Source: Candidatus Bathyarchaeota archaeon
Lineage (GTDB): Archaea > Thermoproteota > Bathyarchaeia > Bathyarchaeales > Bathycorpusculaceae
Reading direction: 5' to 3'
Length of the DNA: 64,000 nt
Assembly: GCA_963815095.1 (NCBI GenBank)
Contig: CAWFFH010000003.1
Coordinates: forward strand, 608,001-672,000
The position numbers were made by a program, and so were the translations under genes. How positions within the stretch are numbered: position 1 is the stretch's first letter; each line of letters begins with the position of its first letter. Below the pieces are notes generated by a model that saw only the letters and a program-made list of their open reading frames with translations, did no database searches and was not told the origin of the DNA. This document shows, one piece after another, positions 59,780-64,000 of the stretch.

Positions 59780-60583
59780 CTATGTTTGAGCGGAGGGGTT
59801 CACGACTTTTTGCAGAAGAGCTTCCATCTCCTTTTTGATGCTGTACCTGAAAGGAATTTTACCAGCCTCCCTCTCCAAGTATCCCTCTTCATAGAGTTTC
59901 TTCATTAACCGAGCTGTATGCTCCCTACTGAGTTGCACTATTTCTTTGATTTCAGGAGCCGTCTTCGCTCCCTCTTTAGCGAGGAGTTCTAAGACTGTGA
60001 TTTCCGTTTCGGTTAAAGCTGCCAACGCTTTATCCCGTTTTATGGGTATAGGCGGTAGGACAATGTCGTTCCTGGTTTCATTTTGTGGTGGAACAACTGA
60101 TATTTTCTTAATTTGCTCTTCAAACACTGTTATTTTATTTCTCAAAGTTTCTTGTGTAGATTCGATGTCTTTTAGTTTTGCTTCTATTCCTGAGAGCCCA
60201 GACAGGACTGTGCTGTTGTTTTGTGTGTAGTCGGATAAGTTTTGTGTAACAGTTTGTGAAATAGCTTGATGTGATTGGCTGAGTGCACCGAGTTGTTGCT
60301 CGATGTTCTCTGCTTTCCTGAAACTCACGTTTGCTGTGTTATAGCTTCCTTCAACTCTTGATACCATTGTATCAAACTTGTCTGATTCACGTTTAAGTTC
60401 ACGATTAAAACTCAGCACGATATCTTCGATAAAGTTTTTGGCTTTTTCGTATTCTTTGTGTGCAAGGCGTACCTGCTTATAGTACTCATATGCAGCTATT
60501 ACTGTAACAGCTAGTAGAACGCCCAAGATTAATGGTGTGAGATCAATCGTGATTTTTTTCTCCGTGATTTGTATGTGACTCAA
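59780..60583 (-). CDS. Membrane-anchored coiled-coil protein with C-terminal winged HTH
   Basis: N-terminal TM (LILGVLLAVTVIAAY), about 130-aa heptad-rich region, LTETEITVLELL...TAPEIKEIVQLSREHTARLMKKLYEEGYLERE...PFRY. Confidence 0.8.
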   Translation of the reverse strand: MSHIQITEKKITIDLTPLILGVLLAVTVIAAYEYYKQVRLAHKEYEKAKNFIEDIVLSFNRELKRESDKFDTMVSRVEGSYNTANVSFRKAENIEQQLGALSQSHQAISQTVTQNLSDYTQNNSTVLSGLSGIEAKLKDIESTQETLRNKITVFEEQIKKISVVPPQNETRNDIVLPPIPIKRDKALAALTETEITVLELLAKEGAKTAPEIKEIVQLSREHTARLMKKLYEEGYLEREAGKIPFRYSIKKEMEALLQKVVNPSAQT

Positions 60584-60692
60584 CCGTGATTTATGGTGAT
60601 TTCAGTGGTTGCATCACATATCACAGTATTTCCATGGAGTAATAAGGTTATCGGTGACATGAAATAATGTAATCTATGACATCACACATCAC
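60537..60692. repeat. Array of GTGA/TCAC motifs (array A)
   Basis: 11 copies in 156 bp (60537, 60549, 60564, 60575, 60586, 60596, 60614, 60621, 60654, 60682, 60689); several spaced 10-11 bp apart. Confidence 0.75.
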
Positions 60693-60841
60693 AATAATAC
60701 CCTAATAGCTCTCCGTCAAGACTTTCATTATGAACTAAAGGCTGAGGATTAGCCTTATTTTGCCAATTAATACTTAAAATAGTCATTTCAGAATAACTTA
60801 ATTTAATGTATCAAAACACTGAAAAAATCATGGAAAAATCT

Positions 60842-60872
60842 GTGATTTGTGACGTCACAAAGGCTCTTGTGA
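60842..60872. repeat. GTGA motif cluster with perfect 16-bp palindrome TTTGTGACGTCACAAA (array B)
   Basis: Palindrome at 60846-60861 plus flanking TGTGAT copies at 60841 and 60868. Confidence 0.7.
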
Positions 60873-61352
60873 TGGGCTAGAAAGCCGTTTCAGGCTTGTT
60901 TCAAGCTCATTTCGAATGATTTCAATGACTTTTAGATGGTCTTTTAGTTCCTCTTCCTTTCCCGGTATGTTCTGGTGAGCCTCCACATAATCGTGTAGTT
61001 TATTGGCTATTTCGAGATACGGGTCAAGAGTAGAGCTCTCAAACACACCCAAATACCCCAAAAGTAGGACTGTATAGATCGATTTTATAACGTTTTCTTT
61101 GGACTGTCTTAAGGTCCTATTAAAAGAACCGCGGCTTATTTTAGCCTTTGTTAAGCGTAAAGCAGCCTTTTCATCGTAATTTAGCTGTTTGTCTGATATA
61201 TTTTCGGCCAAAACGTCAATTAACAGTGTTTCAAGCTGTGTTTTTGTTAATTGGCTGTTTTTAGCCAGGACTTGCACAATGGGGTCGTTTAATGCCCCGC
61301 TTAACCATGCTGTAACACCGTCTTTTAACTTCAAATCTTCGTGTTCCTCCAT
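60855..61352 (-). CDS. Hypothetical protein with probable HTH
   Basis: LTKTQLETLL...YDEKAALR...ISRGSFNRTLRQSKENV resembles a Bat/sigma-region-4-type HTH; helical C-terminus. Confidence 0.72.
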   Translation of the reverse strand: MEEHEDLKLKDGVTAWLSGALNDPIVQVLAKNSQLTKTQLETLLIDVLAENISDKQLNYDEKAALRLTKAKISRGSFNRTLRQSKENVIKSIYTVLLLGYLGVFESSTLDPYLEIANKLHDYVEAHQNIPGKEEELKDHLKVIEIIRNELETSLKRLSSPSQEPL

Positions 61353-61724
61353 AGTCTTAATGGATACAGTTTTGTATACTAATCCATGTTTTTAACCTTT
61401 GCACTAGCCAAAAGCCTCAATTTCTCGTTTGGAAGAAGCTAAAATTGAAGTCGTTTTACGCAAACAAAGCGTTTTACTAACTTTATTGGCTATTCGTGGC
61501 AAGAAAAGCCCATTTAACATAATAAAGGCTAATTTCTTGGCAATTTCTTGTGTTAGCACGCCTCAACTTTACACAAAAAATGCTCTTTTGCAAACCCTCC
61601 TGAAAGTAAAAACTATTCATTTTGGCAATTTTAAAGAAATGTCTCTAACTTTTTCTTGTTTAATATCTTGCTTAAACACAGTTTTACTGCAACAACTCCC
61701 TGTAACAATATCCAAAAAAACCGC

Positions 61725-61832
61725 GTGACATCACCAAATCTGCGTGATTTTACCATAAGTCACTTGATATCACGATGATGTGATACACTTGTGATGTTAA
61801 ACTTCAACGTCCCGTTGTGAGTGTGATATCTC
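61725..61832. repeat. Array of GTGA-NN-TCAC motifs (array C)
   Basis: 9 GTGA/TCAC copies in about 105 bp, including GTGACATCAC 61725, TTGATATCAC 61764 and GTGATATCTC 61823. Confidence 0.75.
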
Positions 61833-62664
61833 AGATTTGCTCTGAAAGGTGCTTTAATTCATCGAAAAGTTCAGGTCGTAAGTCTCTCAAAGTCGGGATA
61901 AATGTCTCAGCTGCTCTTAAATCACCAAAATCCACGTCACAGAAGACAAAATCTTCTTCATCGTACTTTGCTTTGGCTGCAATGTCGCCCGTTGGACAAA
62001 CAAGTCGGCTCCCTCCCCAAAACTGTAGTCCATCTTCAACACCTGCAAGGTTAACGTACGCAAGAAATGCCGTGTTTTCAAGTGCTCGAGCAGAAGTTAG
62101 GATTTCAAAGTAACCTCTCCTTACAGCCGGGGATGCGGAAATACAAACAATCAACTGTGCACCCTTGAGGCGTGTCAGCCTAAATACTTCTGGAAAGAAG
62201 ACATCGTAGCAAATAGATAATCCAATATTGCCTAATTCTGTTTGGAAAGTTGCTGTTTCATACCCTGGGCGAAAATACCTTTTCTCTTCAAAGACGCTGT
62301 GAGTAGGCAGATACATCTTGCGGTATTTACCGATTAAACCTTTGGGACCAATGAAGACAGCTGTGTTAAAGATTGTTGCTTGGGTTTTTTTGCTTAACTC
62401 CGGCATCCCAAAAATAATGTGCATACCCGTCTTCTTTGCTAAAGCCTCAATTTTATGGGTTGAAGGTCCAGGTATCGGCTCCGCAAGCTCGTAAACTTGA
62501 TCTAAGATGACGTAACCCGTTAAAGACATCTCCGGAAAAATAATTAGGTCTGCACCTTGCCCCTTGGCTTTGATAGTTAGTTCTTCTATCTTCTGCAGAT
62601 TCATGCTTTTGTTTTCGCGTTTGCTACTTATTTGGGCAAGAGCGAGTCTAATCTTATCTTTCAT
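61831..62664 (-). CDS. Carbon-nitrogen hydrolase (nitrilase family; likely glutaminase partner of NadE)
   Basis: FPEMSLTGY, YRKMYLP...FEEKRYF, ICYDVFFPE (E-K-C triad); directly downstream of nadE. Confidence 0.9.
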   Translation of the reverse strand: MKDKIRLALAQISSKRENKSMNLQKIEELTIKAKGQGADLIIFPEMSLTGYVILDQVYELAEPIPGPSTHKIEALAKKTGMHIIFGMPELSKKTQATIFNTAVFIGPKGLIGKYRKMYLPTHSVFEEKRYFRPGYETATFQTELGNIGLSICYDVFFPEVFRLTRLKGAQLIVCISASPAVRRGYFEILTSARALENTAFLAYVNLAGVEDGLQFWGGSRLVCPTGDIAAKAKYDEEDFVFCDVDFGDLRAAETFIPTLRDLRPELFDELKHLSEQI

Positions 62665-62676
62665 GCAGGTTCCACT

Positions 62677-63519
62677 TTAATATGTGTGTCTTGGAAGCCT
62701 AAAATCGTTTCCAACGGTACGGTACCCAATCTTTGGAGCGATGGGCATTCTTCTTTTATGTTCGTTTGCGAGCCATCTACTCTTTACTTTATCTACTTTA
62801 CTTTTTTCAACGGTGAGTTGCTCCGCGATTTCTTCTGGAGACAAGAACCGTTCGAGTCCATAGAGAATGAGATCCAAGGTTTCAAATTTGATTCCGAGTT
62901 CAGACTCTGCCAGCTGATTAGGCCAAAGTGCTGGCGTTGACGGCTTTAGGACGAGCTCCTTTGGGATTCCTAAATGCAATGCAAGTTTGCGAACCTGCGT
63001 TTTATATAAATCCATTATTGGAGCAATGTCTGCTGCAGCGTCTCCCCATTTGGTGAAGTACCCCATCATTGTTTCGGATTTGTCGGAGCTGCCGCAGACT
63101 ATTCGATTTTGTTTATTGGCGAAGTAGTAAAGGTAAAGCATCCTCGTTCTTGCTTTGATGTTTCCTTTGCAAAGTCTGTTGGATTGGTCAAACACAGGTA
63201 TGGCGCTATAAATGCCATTGAGGGCATCTGACATATCACAGATTTGCGTTTTTATATTAAACTGCTGAGCGACAGTTTTCGCGTCGTCGATGTCTTTTTG
63301 GTTAAAATTCTCATTCTCGGGCAACATTAGACCCAAGACGTTTTCTCCTCCGATTGCGAGGCTTGAAAGCGCCGCTATGGTTCCACTATCGATCCCTCCA
63401 GAGAGCCCAAGCACGATTCCTTTTGCTCCTGCATTTTCAACGTATTCTTTAATGAAACGGCAGATTCTTGTTTGAGCCTCAGAAAAATCGATCTCTAACA
63501 GGTAAGGCGTTAACTTCAT
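62677..63519 (-). CDS. nadE: NAD+ synthetase
   Basis: GLSGGIDS, GNIKARTRM, GYFTKWGD, DLYKTQV, EHKR. Confidence 0.96.
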   Translation of the reverse strand: MKLTPYLLEIDFSEAQTRICRFIKEYVENAGAKGIVLGLSGGIDSGTIAALSSLAIGGENVLGLMLPENENFNQKDIDDAKTVAQQFNIKTQICDMSDALNGIYSAIPVFDQSNRLCKGNIKARTRMLYLYYFANKQNRIVCGSSDKSETMMGYFTKWGDAAADIAPIMDLYKTQVRKLALHLGIPKELVLKPSTPALWPNQLAESELGIKFETLDLILYGLERFLSPEEIAEQLTVEKSKVDKVKSRWLANEHKRRMPIAPKIGYRTVGNDFRLPRHTY

Positions 63520-63617
63520 TTGCTATGGCAGCCTCATTATTGATGGTTAGTAGGCAAGTATTTAAGGACAAGCATAAATATTATGAACATTACCAGACGA
63601 ATGTAGAAGGTTATTGT

Positions 63618-63881
63618 ATGGGGCGAAGAAGGAAAAAAGTTGTTCATATACCAAAGAAACGTTTACCAAAGTTCTTCTCTTGCCCTATATGCGGAAAAGA
63701 AACTGTACGTGTAGAAATCGTCCGAGAAGACGGTGGTCACTCTGTTGCTCAATGTAGCAGCTGTGGTCTTAAGGAAGAATTTCCAGTTAAATCCGCTCAA
63801 GGCGAAGTTGACGTTTACTGCATGTTAACCGACCGAGTTTACGGCACTCAAAAAAGAACTCCAGTAATAAAAAAAGAGTAA
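63618..63881 (+). CDS. elf1: Transcription elongation factor Elf1
   Basis: MGRRRKK...LPKFFSCPICG...CSSCG...VDVYC. Start placed at ATG 63618. Confidence 0.9.
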   Translation: MGRRRKKVVHIPKKRLPKFFSCPICGKETVRVEIVREDGGHSVAQCSSCGLKEEFPVKSAQGEVDVYCMLTDRVYGTQKRTPVIKKE

Positions 63882-63897
63882 CTGAAGGACCACTTGT

Positions 63898-64000
63898 ATG
63901 CTAGGACCTATTGAAAGGTACTTGCTTGAAAAAATAAAAAAAGACGGCTCAATTCACATAACCCTTATAGATCCAGAAAAAGTGACAGCCGCAAACGCTT
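63898..64000 (+). CDS. Geranylgeranylglyceryl phosphate synthase (5' part; truncated by window edge)
   Basis: MLGPIERYLLEKIKKDGSIHITLIDPEK, matching the GGGPS group II N-terminal motif HxTLIDP. Confidence 0.8.
   Translation, partial: MLGPIERYLLEKIKKDGSIHITLIDPEKVTAANA

Noticed and set aside
61429-61728. 99-aa plus-strand ORF
   Set aside because: TTG start, AT-rich low-information sequence and no motif; more likely non-coding DNA upstream of the HTH gene.
60537-61832. CRISPR array interpretation of the GTGA repeats
   Set aside because: Units are only 4-10 bp with irregular short spacing, there is no 24-47-bp repeat/spacer structure, and no cas genes are present.
61831-63519. nadE plus separate nitrilase as a novel system
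   Set aside because: Two-subunit glutamine-dependent NAD synthetase arrangements are already known.

Overview
Archaeal chromosomal segment, most consistent with Bathyarchaeia (TACK). It combines eS25/eS26, Elf1, Alba, PolD small subunit, Fae-Hps, CofD, tetraether synthase and an intron-containing tRNA; this assignment is inferred from gene content. Most of the window is housekeeping: ribosomal proteins, RNAP subunits, thermosome, serS, aIF2-gamma, pyrC/pyrE, nadE, ahcY, and trpY-trpB2 with TRP boxes. The right end holds a replication origin (DP1, orc1/cdc6, four ORB-like boxes, AT-rich DUE). Directly beside it is an uncharacterised trio of predicted DNA-binding proteins, one a membrane-anchored coiled-coil/wHTH protein. 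These genes sit among dense, partly helically phased arrays of a GTGA-NN-TCAC motif, which makes this the best candidate for an undescribed origin-tethering/segregation system. Other oddities: an orphan RnfD-RnfC(2[4Fe-4S]) fusion divergent from secreted-protein and propeller-glycosyltransferase genes, an HTH-Fae-Hps fusion, a Cys-cluster triple-wHTH regulator with a palindromic operator array, and an AhbD-like radical SAM enzyme with a large extra N-terminal region. All calls come from motif recognition by eye; no database searches were run.
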